Source: Promethearchaeota archaeon (GTDB taxonomy: Archaea > Asgardarchaeota > Lokiarchaeia > Sigyniarchaeales > SOKP01). From it: a stretch of 42,150 nucleotides of DNA. Positions 19,772-30,751 of the stretch are shown one piece after another (the stretch's first letter is position 1; each line of letters begins with the position of its first letter). The translations under genes were made by a program, and so were the position numbers. The notes beneath the pieces were generated by a model. The model was given only the letters and a program-made list of their open reading frames with translations, made no database searches and was not told the DNA's origin. Where the stretch lies: NCBI GenBank assembly GCA_019058365.1, contig JAHPZE010000034.1:1-42150 (forward strand), given 5' to 3'.

Positions 19772-20698
19772 ATGATTATGGGACTATTTACAGTGAAAAA
19801 TATAATAAGTCTTATTTCCATGGGTCCATCATTTTTACAGTCAATAGTAAGAAATGTTCCGTTATATGTGAATTATGATTTAACTTGGCAATGCAATTTA
19901 AAATGCAAGCATTGTTATTTTTTCTCATCAACAACGGAATTAAAAAACAAAAGAAATGAATTATCGGACGAAGAATGGATCAAAGTTTTTAAATACCATA
20001 GAAAGTTAGGAACGAAAATAGCAGTTTTAACTGGTGGAGAGCCTACTTTAAGAATGGATGTTATAAAAGAAGCGATTAAAATTTTTCCCTCAGTTCAGGT
20101 TGTATCAAATGGAGTGATTGAAATACCTCACTTTAGTGGGTATAAACAACCAAAATACTGGGTAAGTATAGATGGTACCAAGGAAACTCATGATGAGATA
20201 AGAGGTGCAAAGATTTTTGATAAAGTCATACAGAACATTCGGGAGAATAATCCGGTTGTTACCTCAGCCATCATGACATTAAATTACAAAGAAATTGAAG
20301 ATATTGCTAAAATTGCTTATAATAATGGTGCTTCTGGATTAATCTTTCAATTATATACCGACTATCCTGGCAGCCCACTCTTATTAAAAGGTAATATATT
20401 AAAAAAGACAATAAGAGACATTTTAAAAGTAATGCGTGAATATGGAAATTTTATTTTCTATTCCAAAAAAATGTTAGAAGTATACCTATCAAAAGAATTT
20501 GTGCCATATTGCATATTCAAAACTGGGCAAATAAAAAGTTTCTATCCTGATGGAACACAAAAGTTTTGTGTTATGGGAAATTCACCACTTTTATGTGAAA
20601 ATTGTGGATGTGTCGTGCCAATTGCTGCTTATGCTTTATTTAGGAAATTTGATTCCGGTACAGTTGATAAAGCTAGAAAATTGTTTAATTTTACGTAA
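19772..20698 (+). CDS. Radical SAM protein with a C-terminal Cys cluster
   Basis: CNLKCKHC, GGEP, SIDG...HDEIRG and C-terminal C..C...CENCGC. Confidence 0.88.
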   Translation: MIMGLFTVKNIISLISMGPSFLQSIVRNVPLYVNYDLTWQCNLKCKHCYFFSSTTELKNKRNELSDEEWIKVFKYHRKLGTKIAVLTGGEPTLRMDVIKEAIKIFPSVQVVSNGVIEIPHFSGYKQPKYWVSIDGTKETHDEIRGAKIFDKVIQNIRENNPVVTSAIMTLNYKEIEDIAKIAYNNGASGLIFQLYTDYPGSPLLLKGNILKKTIRDILKVMREYGNFIFYSKKMLEVYLSKEFVPYCIFKTGQIKSFYPDGTQKFCVMGNSPLLCENCGCVVPIAAYALFRKFDSGTVDKARKLFNFT

Positions 20699-20784
20699 GT
20701 TTTGCTATTTTGCAAAATCACTTTTTATTTATGAGAGTCAAAACTCAAACCTGAATGATTAAACTGAATAGCTAAATTTTGTTA

Positions 20785-21663
20785 TTAAGAACGAGAAATA
20801 ATAAAATCGACGAGTTTTCCATAATCTTTAACGTTATCATAACTTTTTGGAGCTCTTTCCTTAAAATAGTCTTTGAAAACCTCCCAATTTTCCTTTTTAC
20901 CAGAAGGTGCTTCAGTTAATACTTTCTTAACTTCTTGAAAGTCATAACTAAAGATTAAACCATTATTAATTCTATTAGCATTCTCAGTCAAGAGAAATAT
21001 ATAATAATCATTTAAGTCCCAAGGATTTAATACATGTTCTGGTTTGCTCCCATCTCCCGCTTTCTTTCCTCTCAAAAGACTCGTATCTACTTGTGTTGGT
21101 AATACCATTGAAAAATTAATGTTCTCTCTTTTATATTCTGTTGCCATTGCTTTTTGCATTCCTACGACCGCATATTTAGTTGCAACATATGCTGTAAGTT
21201 TCGATGGAGCATTTGGATACGCTTCGCTTCCAGTAATTATAAACCTTGCTTTATCCTTCTTATCATCTTTTTTCATGCATGGATAAGCCGCTTTAAATGT
21301 ATAGAAGACTCCGAGCACATTTATGTTCAAGATTTCAGCAAACTTTTCGTTTATAAACTCATGAGTGGTCCACATGCGAGAATATCCAGCATTAGCAATA
21401 ACACCGTTAAGTAAACCTAATTCATTATTAAATTCTTTAAATGCTTTCTCAACTTCTTCAAATTTAGTAATATCTGCTGGTTTTACAACTATTTTTACTC
21501 TACTTCCCAATTCTTCAATTTCTTTTTTAGTGCTATTTAATTCTCCAAGAGTTCTTGAAGTTAATCCTACATTAGCTCCCTCTTTTGCACAAGCTACTGC
21601 TATTGCTTTTCCAATACCTCTACCTGAACCGGTAATGACAACATTTTTTCCTTTTAACAACAT
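20785..21663 (-). CDS. SDR family oxidoreductase
   Basis: TGSGRGIG, NAG and YxxxK (YVATK). Confidence 0.92.
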   Translation of the reverse strand: MLLKGKNVVITGSGRGIGKAIAVACAKEGANVGLTSRTLGELNSTKKEIEELGSRVKIVVKPADITKFEEVEKAFKEFNNELGLLNGVIANAGYSRMWTTHEFINEKFAEILNINVLGVFYTFKAAYPCMKKDDKKDKARFIITGSEAYPNAPSKLTAYVATKYAVVGMQKAMATEYKRENINFSMVLPTQVDTSLLRGKKAGDGSKPEHVLNPWDLNDYYIFLLTENANRINNGLIFSYDFQEVKKVLTEAPSGKKENWEVFKDYFKERAPKSYDNVKDYGKLVDFIISRS

Positions 21664-21832
21664 TCCAATAAATCACTAATATTCTCTATTTAATTAATTT
21701 AATATTCATCAAATAATAGATATTGCAAGTATTTGATTAAAGTTAAATTATTAAGGAATAATTGAAAGATAATCAATAAAGATTTTTATTTTAAATTTAA
21801 ATGAATTCATCAAAGTAAATTTTAGTTAAGCG

Positions 21833-21972
21833 GTGAGTATATATAAAGTCGCTTTAGTAAATCCAGGGTCAGGAGAAATTTTAATTTAAGGTAGGATTAT
21901 TGCAAATGCAGATCACATTTATCCCCCCTAGGCATATGTTATTTAAGTGCTGTGTTAAAAGAGGAAAATTTT
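21833..21972 (+). pseudogene. Truncated N-terminal remnant of a B12-binding radical SAM gene
   Basis: (M)SIYKVALVNPGSGEILI*GRIIANADHIYP[frameshift in C run]PLGICYLSAVLKEENF, matching the N-termini of the neighbouring B12-rSAMs. Confidence 0.65.
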
Positions 21973-21986
21973 TTTCTAAGGAATAT

Positions 21987-23450
21987 TTATCCCCAGAAAG
22001 GTTTCCAGCGATTCCATATGTCCCACCGATCGACATGTTTAATGTTATAGAGGAACGCTTTTAATCTATATTTACTTTTTAAAGTCTTATAGATTTGTCG
22101 GGATATATAGCGAGGTCGCTGCATTAGCTTCCTATGAGCATCTCTTATTCCAGCCATAACTTCACTCAAAGGAATAGGAAGAACAGCTGTACCAACTTCC
22201 CAACACTCATCAGGATTAATTCTCTTTTCTTGTACCATTTGATCCCAAATCCAATTTCCAGGTATTATACCTAAAATGTGAAATTGTGGAAAATCAATAT
22301 CCAATTTAACTGATAATTTGAAGGTTTCAATAATTTCCTCACGTGTTTCAATTGGCGCACCTATTATAAAGTTCCCTAAGACAACATCCATTCCAACTTT
22401 TCTTGAATTTTTTAACGCATCATAAACCTGATTTAATGTTACATTTTTCTTATACCAGTCTAAAATTCTCTGTGAGCCACTTTCAATTCCATAACTTATT
22501 ATTCTACAACCCATATGTTTCATTGCAGTCAATAAATCCCTTGAACTCTGAGTTATTCGTCCTTCAGCCATCCAATTCAATTCTATTTTTTCTTTTCTTA
22601 CTAAATATGAGAGTTCCATTAATCTTTTTTTACTTATAGTGAAGTTATCATCAATCCAATACAAATTTTGATAACCTTGACTCTCAAGAAGAGAGAGTTC
22701 TTCTACTATATTTTTTGGAGATCTTGGACGCCATTTATGCCAGAACATAGAGCTTGAGCAAAAAGTACATTGAAAAGCACATCCTCTTGAAGAAGCCGCA
22801 GTAGTAAAATTACCAAGGGAGATATCAAGACCTTCCACTTCACTTTTATATTCTACCTTTCCTAAAAATTTCCTATTTGGAAATGGAAGTATATCAATAC
22901 TTTCTATAAGGGGTCTATCATCATTTCTAATAATTTTGCCATTATCTCGATATGTTAAACCTCTTATATCTTCAAATCCTCGATTCTTTTCAGTTTTTTC
23001 AGCAATTTCTAAAAGAGTATTTTCTCCTTCTCCCCTTATGCAAGCATCAATGAAAGGGTACTTATTTAATATTCTGGTATCATTAAAAGTTGCGTGATAA
23101 TTTCCAAATAAGATTTTAACATTTGGATTTATTTCCTCTTTTACACGTCTAGCAATTTCTGAGGATGTGATCCCTGTTCCTGCGGTAGTTATTGTCGAAA
23201 ATCCCAATATATCTGGATCCTCACGTTTTATCCAATTTAGAGTTCTATCAAGCGAAGCTCCTCTCGCGAATTGATCAAATATAGATACGTCATAATTATT
23301 TTCACTTAGATATGTAGCGAGATAAAGAATTCCCATTGGTGGAAATCCATAGAAATTTATTTTTTCCTCACTATACTCCTCAGCCTCTCTAACTGTACCA
23401 CAAAATGTTCCTTGTTCTGGAGGTTTTGGAAAAATTAAAGATATTTTCAA
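21987..23450 (-). CDS. Cobalamin-binding radical SAM protein
   Basis: PPMGILYLA, RGEGE, SRGCAFQCTFC, DDNF and GIESGS. Confidence 0.92.
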   Translation of the reverse strand: MKISLIFPKPPEQGTFCGTVREAEEYSEEKINFYGFPPMGILYLATYLSENNYDVSIFDQFARGASLDRTLNWIKREDPDILGFSTITTAGTGITSSEIARRVKEEINPNVKILFGNYHATFNDTRILNKYPFIDACIRGEGENTLLEIAEKTEKNRGFEDIRGLTYRDNGKIIRNDDRPLIESIDILPFPNRKFLGKVEYKSEVEGLDISLGNFTTAASSRGCAFQCTFCSSSMFWHKWRPRSPKNIVEELSLLESQGYQNLYWIDDNFTISKKRLMELSYLVRKEKIELNWMAEGRITQSSRDLLTAMKHMGCRIISYGIESGSQRILDWYKKNVTLNQVYDALKNSRKVGMDVVLGNFIIGAPIETREEIIETFKLSVKLDIDFPQFHILGIIPGNWIWDQMVQEKRINPDECWEVGTAVLPIPLSEVMAGIRDAHRKLMQRPRYISRQIYKTLKSKYRLKAFLYNIKHVDRWDIWNRWKPFWG

Positions 23451-23618
23451 TGAATTACTTTAGAATTTATCAATAGGTTATAACTAAGAAATTTATCCTA
23501 ATAATTAAAATCTCACCATTTCAATTTCTATTGACAATTTTATTAATAGAGATATAAATTTATAAAATTAAAATAAATAATACATAATCTACCAACAACA
23601 GGTGAAATAGTCTTTAAG

Positions 23619-25082
23619 ATGAAATTAATTGACAAAAAAATCCAACGAGTAGCATTGATAAATCCAAATTTTATTACTAAGAGCATTACAGATAAATTTG
23701 CACTTCCTGCTTTGGGATTAGAATATATTGCGGCTAAAATTTTAGACTTAGCTAATGTGAAGATCATTAATGGGAAAGTAAGAAACTTAAGCATCTCTCA
23801 AATAATGAGAGAACTTATAGATTTTAAACCTGATGTTGTAGGAATTTCATGCTGTTATACAATAGGTATAAGTTTTGCTTTAAAAATTGCAAAAGAATCA
23901 AAAAAACAAGGTTACTTAACTGTATTAGGAGGTTGGCATCCTAGTTTTGATTACTCAGAAATTTTAAAATATCCATTTGTAGATATTATTGTAAGGGGAG
24001 AAGGTGAAATCACTTTTAGGGAAATAATTGAAAATAAGGATTTAGAAAATATTAAAGGTATCTCTTATAAACGCAATGGGACATTATTCAATAATCCAGA
24101 TCGCTCATTAATTAAAGATTTAGATGAATTACCTTTTCCTGCCAGAAGTTTAAGACACAAAAAGTCATATTTTCAAGCATTTCAAATGCCTATAGATGTA
24201 ATAGAGACTTCGAGAGGATGTCCACATAGATGTATTTTTTGTAATATACATTTATTTTATCGTGGGACTTATAGAACAAAAAGCCCAGAAAGAGTAATAA
24301 AAGAGTTAAAAATCATTTCATATCAAAACCAACATAAAAATGTTTTTATTGTGGATGATAATTTCACAGCCAATATAAAGCGTGTAGAGAAAATCTGTGA
24401 TCGAATAATTGAGGAAGGAATTCAATTGGATTTCATATGTCAAAGTCGAATTGATGTGATTAAGAAAAATCCTCAGGTTATTAAAAAGATGGCTAAGGCA
24501 GGATTCTGGTTATTTTTCCTTGGTATTGAATCCTTTAATCAAAAAGCTCTTAATAATATTCAGAAGAAAGTTCAATTCAAAGATATTCTTGAAGCAATAG
24601 AAATTCTTCATGATAATGATATACTAATAATTGGAAGTCTATTAGTTGGATCCAAACTTGATGAAAAAGAGGAAGATATAAATCAAATGATAAAAATTGT
24701 AAAAAAATTAAGAATTGATTTTCCTCTATACTCAATTATGACCCCTCTACCAGGAACTCAATTCAGACAGCATTTAATTGAAAAAAACTGTGAGATATCT
24801 CAAAATTGGAGCGAATATAATTTTACAACAGCAGTAAATCCATTAAATAACTTATCAAAAGAAAAGGTAGAACAATTATTATCAAAAGCTTACTATTATG
24901 GATATTTTGATAGAGGATGGAGAGATACAATGCTAAGGATTTATAAAAGGAAAGGAATTAGACTATTTTTAAACCCAAGAAATTTACATGCTATGAGGGA
25001 TATTATGAGCTTCTTTAGGGATATTAGAAGAATGAAACATAATAAAGATTCAATTTCCATACAACCCATAAGATTTAATTAA
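23619..25082 (+). CDS. Cobalamin-binding radical SAM protein
   Basis: PALGLEYIAA, GGWHP, RGEGE, SRGCPHRCIFC, DDNF and TPLPGT. Confidence 0.92.
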   Translation: MKLIDKKIQRVALINPNFITKSITDKFALPALGLEYIAAKILDLANVKIINGKVRNLSISQIMRELIDFKPDVVGISCCYTIGISFALKIAKESKKQGYLTVLGGWHPSFDYSEILKYPFVDIIVRGEGEITFREIIENKDLENIKGISYKRNGTLFNNPDRSLIKDLDELPFPARSLRHKKSYFQAFQMPIDVIETSRGCPHRCIFCNIHLFYRGTYRTKSPERVIKELKIISYQNQHKNVFIVDDNFTANIKRVEKICDRIIEEGIQLDFICQSRIDVIKKNPQVIKKMAKAGFWLFFLGIESFNQKALNNIQKKVQFKDILEAIEILHDNDILIIGSLLVGSKLDEKEEDINQMIKIVKKLRIDFPLYSIMTPLPGTQFRQHLIEKNCEISQNWSEYNFTTAVNPLNNLSKEKVEQLLSKAYYYGYFDRGWRDTMLRIYKRKGIRLFLNPRNLHAMRDIMSFFRDIRRMKHNKDSISIQPIRFN

Positions 25083-25130
25083 TTATTTAATTTCAAATTA
25101 GAAAATAACAGAAATCTTAATATTAAAAAA

Positions 25131-26303
25131 ATGGTAAAGATTAAATATAAATCAAAGAACCAAGATTTTAAATTTCCAATATTGGGGTATTCTGGGTATT
25201 TTTTCACTAAATTTTTTGATACAGTTAAACCTCTCTCATATTTACTTGATAGGTTAGAAACGAATTGGTTAAGGAATGACATAAATAGTCTTTCCATTAA
25301 TAAACCTGTATACATTACAGGTCTTGCTCGTAGTGGAACCACTATCCTTTTAGAAATGTTACATCAGCATCCTGATTTAGCTACTCACAGATATAGTCAC
25401 CTTTTATTGCCCTATCTGCCCCATTGGTTTAGTTTAATTTTAAATAAGCTTTCGAGCTTCTTCTTCAAAAAATATCTCACATCACCTTTCGAACGTTTAC
25501 ATAAGGATGGTATAATCGTAACCCGTGATAGTCCTGAAATGGTTGAAGAAGTAATTTGGCAACAGTTTTTTGATAATCTCCATGATGAGGATGTTTCAAA
25601 TATAATAAATGAGGAGAATGTTAATCTAAAGTTTGAAAAATTTTATAAAACCCATATTAGCAAGCTTATTATAAATCAAAATCGTTCTCGATATTTAGCA
25701 AAAAACAATTATAACATTACGAGATTAGAATATTTATTGAGGATATTTCCAAATTCCAAATTTCTACTTACCATCCGCAATCCAGTGAAACATATTGCGT
25801 CCTTAATTAAACAAACACAATTATTCATAAGAATGGAACGAGAAGCGCCCCTTTTAATAGATTGGTTAAGAATAGTGGGACATTACGAATTCGGGTCTCA
25901 ACAGGTTTGTATTAATTCGGGTAATACAGATATTATCCGTAAAATTCGAGAGTTATCGAAACATAAAGAAACTTATGTAAAGGGTTGGGCTAATTATTGG
26001 GATTCTATTTATGGCTACATTTCTAATTGCCTTGATACTAATAAAAAACTTAAAAAGGCGACCCATATTGTTAGATATGATGACCTATGTGGAAATTCAG
26101 CGGAAGTGATAGATAAAATTCTTGAGCACACGGAGTTAACAGACTCTAAATTTGAGAAAGTTAAAAATTTTTATATTAAAAATTTACATAAACCTGCTTA
26201 TTATACCTCTAACTTCACTGAACAAGAACTTAATCAAATTTATGAAGTTACAAAAACAACAGCTAATTGGTTCGAACTAAAAGGTTTAAAGGAGGAGCTC
26301 TAA
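25131..26303 (+). CDS. Sulfotransferase family protein
   Basis: PAPS-binding loop YITGLARSGTT, IRNP...S and VRYDDL. Confidence 0.85.
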   Translation: MVKIKYKSKNQDFKFPILGYSGYFFTKFFDTVKPLSYLLDRLETNWLRNDINSLSINKPVYITGLARSGTTILLEMLHQHPDLATHRYSHLLLPYLPHWFSLILNKLSSFFFKKYLTSPFERLHKDGIIVTRDSPEMVEEVIWQQFFDNLHDEDVSNIINEENVNLKFEKFYKTHISKLIINQNRSRYLAKNNYNITRLEYLLRIFPNSKFLLTIRNPVKHIASLIKQTQLFIRMEREAPLLIDWLRIVGHYEFGSQQVCINSGNTDIIRKIRELSKHKETYVKGWANYWDSIYGYISNCLDTNKKLKKATHIVRYDDLCGNSAEVIDKILEHTELTDSKFEKVKNFYIKNLHKPAYYTSNFTEQELNQIYEVTKTTANWFELKGLKEEL

Positions 26304-26305
26304 TT

Positions 26306-26574
26306 ACGCTCAAAGTAAATTTCCTGTCTGATTTCTAAACCTTCAGGAATATTATAGGTGTGAATGGAGCCCCGTTGCGACTTTTAGTCAAGCAGAAGTG
26401 ATGCAATAATACGCAAAGGTTATTTTTAACAAGTATGGTAATGGTTACGACATGATTCATTGTCATAGATGCTTTCCTTATACTTCTCACCTATTAAAAA
26501 AAGGATTAAAATCGAAGAAGCCAGTAGTATTATCTGTTCATCAAAATCATTATAATATTGATGATTATCATTAG
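26306..26574 (+). pseudogene. Remnant of a GT4-like glycosyltransferase N-terminus
   Basis: GGAGG, then ACG-LKVNFLSDF*...; after a frameshift ...YDMIHCHRCFPYTSHLLKKGLKSKKPVVLSVH. Confidence 0.5.
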
Positions 26575-26579
26575 CTTAT

Positions 26580-27329
26580 TCAATCGTTAATTAAATCTTT
26601 TAAAGTAACAAATTCACCTTTCTTCGAAAGAGCGAACTTAATCAACCTATTCATTCTTGTGACAAATGTTTCTCCTGTTTTAATCCAGCGATCTGGTCGT
26701 AATAAATAATCCCTAAATAGATTTAGTCTAGATTTTTGAGTTAGCATTAAATTTTTCGCGTTTATTATTTCTAAAGGATGAAAATATAACACTATTATTT
26801 TATTTTTTAATATCCAGTTTTTTAAAAAAAAATAACCTATAGAGAATCTAAGAGATATATTCAAAGGAGTAAATTCTTGAATTTTATAATAATTCGTCTT
26901 ATTAAACTTGGTTCTATTACGAGATTTAATAGATGAATCATACTTAAATCCTAATTTATGTAATATTGCAAATAAAAAGTTTGGAGGTTTTAAGTACGGA
27001 GCCCGAAAACCAATTATCTCTGACTTTTGGCATGTTTCTTCGATAATCTTTTTATTACTGGCTATTAACTCTTGACACTCATTAAATGTTAGTTTGTTTA
27101 GTCTTTCATGATTTAATCCATGGCATGCGATCTCATGACCTTTATGTTCAATTGACCTTATATATTCAGGGAATTTTTTAGCAATGCTTCCAGTACAAAA
27201 AAATGTACCTTTTAGATTAAAATTTTCTAATAACTCTAGTATTTTCGGTATTCCTACTTTCACTCCAAAATAAGTATCTAAAACATAAGGAATATCTCTT
27301 TCAATATCAAAAGTTAATGCGATTTTCAT
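26580..27329 (-). CDS. Polysaccharide deacetylase (CE4/NodB) family protein
   Basis: LTFDIE, TFF, HEIACHGLNH, GFRAP, YDSS and YFHP. Confidence 0.9.
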   Translation of the reverse strand: MKIALTFDIERDIPYVLDTYFGVKVGIPKILELLENFNLKGTFFCTGSIAKKFPEYIRSIEHKGHEIACHGLNHERLNKLTFNECQELIASNKKIIEETCQKSEIIGFRAPYLKPPNFLFAILHKLGFKYDSSIKSRNRTKFNKTNYYKIQEFTPLNISLRFSIGYFFLKNWILKNKIIVLYFHPLEIINAKNLMLTQKSRLNLFRDYLLRPDRWIKTGETFVTRMNRLIKFALSKKGEFVTLKDLIND

Positions 27330-27491
27330 TATACAAAAAGTGATTTTTGAGATAGAGTGGAATCAATTTTTACTTTTATTAAAATATATTAAAAGAATGA
27401 TTAATAATATTTGTTCTTTGAGCGAACAAATTAAAATTGCCATAATCATTATTATAATTAGATTAATGATCTTTTAATCGGAAATGCTACT

Positions 27492-28685
27492 TTGAAGAGT
27501 TCTAAAAATTTTTATGAAGATTTATCTATTAGTGTAGAAAAAACTGCTAATGAATGCAAATTATATAAAAATCTATGTAATCAAGTCAATTATGATTTTG
27601 ATCTGATTTTAAAAGAATCTAATCTTGGAGAAATTCCATATGTACCATGGAGTTTATTCAAACTATCAAATAATAAATTCAAGGAATTGTTACGAGGAAA
27701 TTCCTTTGAAGAATTAGAATATTGGATGGAATCATCCGCGACATGTGGAGATCCCAGCATCGTCGGAAGATTAAATAATGATATTAAAGTTTTAAAAGCA
27801 AATTATAATGAGGTTTTTAATACTTTTTCAAATAAAGATAAGGTTAATAACTTAATCTTATTTGCTCCAGATATAAGATTCATTAATAAGATAAAGCATA
27901 AGTTTTATGGTAAAAATGCATATCTTTTATACAAGAGTATTGTCGATATTTGGAAAGGAAAGCAAGAAAATTTTTTATTGCAATTCTTTCTGGGGAAAAC
28001 AATCTGGAAAATAATAACTACTTTTAAGCTACGTGCTGTAATTGGGGTTAATGGAAGACTGTTAAAATCTGAACTTAATCGAGTTGAGAAAGATAAAATT
28101 CCAACAATTATGGCTAATTCACCTCTTTGGATGCATAAAGTATTAAAAGATTACTATCAAAAAGAGAAGAGCACTTTTGATTTGAGTGAACAATTATATA
28201 TCATCACTGGAGGTGGTGGTTGGGATGGTACTAAAGGTCGTGTTAAATTAGGATATAGTGTAGAAAAACCAGAATTCATTGAGCAAATGTGCGATATGTT
28301 CAATATTACTACAGATAAGTTCTGTGATAATTTTGCTGCCACTGAAAGTCCAATGACATGTGGAGGACATTGGTCAAAATATTATAACGACTTTATACTC
28401 CATGTTAATAACAAGCAAGGTCGAATCGTAATCCGAGATATAAAATCGTTAGAACCTATTAAAAATGCAAGAGAACCTGGAATTTTAGAATTAATAACTC
28501 CTTATGGTGTAGATAGTTATGCTGGAGTTGCTGTTTTATTAGACGACATCGTTCAAGTGGAAAACTGGGAAAGATGCCCTGAATGTGGTCGAGAGGGTGC
28601 TATTTTTAGAGTTTTAGGACGTATAACACCTTCAATAGGGAAGGGATGTAGTTCTTTATTTAGTTTAGATGCATTTAAATTATAA
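27492..28685 (+). CDS. LuxE-like acyl-protein synthetase / ANL-type adenylating enzyme
   Basis: ESSATCGDPS P-loop variant, ITGGGGW, AATE, LLDD and C-terminal CPECGR...VLGR...GKGCS. Confidence 0.7.
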   Translation: MKSSKNFYEDLSISVEKTANECKLYKNLCNQVNYDFDLILKESNLGEIPYVPWSLFKLSNNKFKELLRGNSFEELEYWMESSATCGDPSIVGRLNNDIKVLKANYNEVFNTFSNKDKVNNLILFAPDIRFINKIKHKFYGKNAYLLYKSIVDIWKGKQENFLLQFFLGKTIWKIITTFKLRAVIGVNGRLLKSELNRVEKDKIPTIMANSPLWMHKVLKDYYQKEKSTFDLSEQLYIITGGGGWDGTKGRVKLGYSVEKPEFIEQMCDMFNITTDKFCDNFAATESPMTCGGHWSKYYNDFILHVNNKQGRIVIRDIKSLEPIKNAREPGILELITPYGVDSYAGVAVLLDDIVQVENWERCPECGREGAIFRVLGRITPSIGKGCSSLFSLDAFKL

Positions 28686-28727
28686 TAATAAAAAGTACAA
28701 AATAACTCTTTGACGATCTAAAATAAA

Positions 28728-29846
28728 ATGCGAGTTTTAATATTAGGTGCAGGATTAACTGGCTGTACATTGGCACGATTGATGAAAAATAAAAATTATG
28801 TTGTTTCAATTAAAGAAAAACAAAATCATATTGGAGGGTTATGTTATACAAAAACAAGTCCTAATGGTATACTGTATGAGCCTTATGGAGGACATACATT
28901 TCACACAAAAGACACTCGTATTAAAAATTTTGTACTTCAATTTTCAGATTTTAACAATTATATACACAGAAAAGGGATCTATATTAATGGTATATTGCGG
29001 CATTTTCCTCTCAGTAAGGAAACTATTCATAAGATGGAAAAGAGTGAACAAATTCTTCAGGAGATTGAGGAACGACCGGAAATTCCTGATTTAACTAATT
29101 TTGAAACATATGCAATTTCTCAATTTGGAAATACTTTATATAAATTGTTTATATATAATTATTCCAAGAAAATGTGGGGCGTAGAACCCAGAGAGTTAAC
29201 AACTAAATATATCAGAAATCGGATTGAAATGAAAGACTCTAATACTCAGATATTTGATGATGATTTTCAAGGACTACCTGTTAAAGGATATACTGAATTC
29301 CTGAGAAATATGATACATGATATCCCAATAGAATTAAATACTAGTAAATATGACGAGTCATTTTATAACCTTATTTTATTCTCAGGTCGATTAGATGCAT
29401 TATTTAAATTTAAATTTGGAATTTTACAATTCAGATCTTTAAGATTTGATTATAGGGAGAATGAAAATTGGGAAAACAAAAATTATGGTTCAATCAACCT
29501 TCCACAACATACAAAATACATCCGAAAAATAAACTTCAATATTATGTATCAACAAAAAACAGATAGATCATTGATTCAATATCAAGAACCAATAACTTTT
29601 GACGATAGAAATTTGCCAATGTATCCAATCTATACTAAGCAAAATATTGAATTGTTTGATAGATATTTAATTGAGGTCTGCAAGTCTGATAAGATTATTC
29701 CTATTGGTCGGTTAGGTTTATATAAATATTTAGAAATGGGGCAGGCTATTAGTTTAGCAATGAATATGCTTCCCTTAATCGAAAATTGGAAAAAATTAAG
29801 CCCCAAAGTCAGATATTTTGAACTTAAAAAACTATTAAAAAATTAA
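28728..29846 (+). CDS. glf: UDP-galactopyranose mutase
   Basis: GAGLTG, HIGGLCY, YGGHTFHT, YSKKMWG, QGLPVKGY and GRLGLYKYLEM. Confidence 0.88.
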   Translation: MRVLILGAGLTGCTLARLMKNKNYVVSIKEKQNHIGGLCYTKTSPNGILYEPYGGHTFHTKDTRIKNFVLQFSDFNNYIHRKGIYINGILRHFPLSKETIHKMEKSEQILQEIEERPEIPDLTNFETYAISQFGNTLYKLFIYNYSKKMWGVEPRELTTKYIRNRIEMKDSNTQIFDDDFQGLPVKGYTEFLRNMIHDIPIELNTSKYDESFYNLILFSGRLDALFKFKFGILQFRSLRFDYRENENWENKNYGSINLPQHTKYIRKINFNIMYQQKTDRSLIQYQEPITFDDRNLPMYPIYTKQNIELFDRYLIEVCKSDKIIPIGRLGLYKYLEMGQAISLAMNMLPLIENWKKLSPKVRYFELKKLLKN

Positions 29847-29867
29847 TGAGTCCTATTAAAGCTAATT

Positions 29868-30632
29868 TTACTCCTTCCAATTGACATCTTTTGCCAAATT
29901 ATGATAAATATCTTTTTTTGAATAATATTGGATAATACGTCCTATACTGCGACGAGTACTCAAAGATCTACCACTTGTCATTACTGAAACAAAATTCAGA
30001 GTTTTTATTCTACCAGTTTTCATTTTTCTACTTAAATATATTAAAGAATCTGAGAAAACCTTATCCATTCCTATTAATTCTGGCGGTAATTGCTTAAATC
30101 CGCCAGTTTTAAAAAATATTTCTCTTCTAACAATTATGTTGCATCCTATAAGTTCAGGATATCCAAGTAAAGTTTTAAAAAAATACCATATGTGCATATT
30201 TAAGTTAAGAAAAAAATATCTCGTTATAGTAAATCTCCGAGAACCTAATTTAAATAAAATTGCCTTTCCATCATAATATTTAACTCTAGCACTACAAGCA
30301 AAAAGATTTTTATCTTTTTCAAAAATTCTATAAACATTCTGTAAGAAATATGGATCTATTAATGTATCTGCATCTAAAAATACAAGTAAAGTACCACATG
30401 TTTTAGGTATAACAAAATTTAATTGAAAGGATTTACTATTTTCAGGTGAAATATACACCTTTGCATAATCTTTGGCAATAGAAACAGTTCTATCGGAGCT
30501 CTGTCCATCAGCTACAATAACTTCATATGAAATGTTACAAATTTGCTTTTTGACGGCGATTAATGTTTCTTTTATGTGAGTTTCCTCATTATAAGTAGGG
30601 ATAATAACTGATATCTTAGGTTTATGATTCAT
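29868..30632 (-). CDS. Glycosyltransferase family 2
   Basis: SVIIPTYNEE, ADGQSSD and FLDAD. Confidence 0.9.
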   Translation of the reverse strand: MNHKPKISVIIPTYNEETHIKETLIAVKKQICNISYEVIVADGQSSDRTVSIAKDYAKVYISPENSKSFQLNFVIPKTCGTLLVFLDADTLIDPYFLQNVYRIFEKDKNLFACSARVKYYDGKAILFKLGSRRFTITRYFFLNLNMHIWYFFKTLLGYPELIGCNIIVRREIFFKTGGFKQLPPELIGMDKVFSDSLIYLSRKMKTGRIKTLNFVSVMTSGRSLSTRRSIGRIIQYYSKKDIYHNLAKDVNWKE

Positions 30633-30751
30633 TTCTTTTTTTCTAAGTTAAATTGAAAATAAAAAATCTATAATTTATTAGAAAATTTTATTTTATTATT
30701 CTATACAAGTATAAGATTTATTAAATAATTAATTGATATTAAAATAAGATA

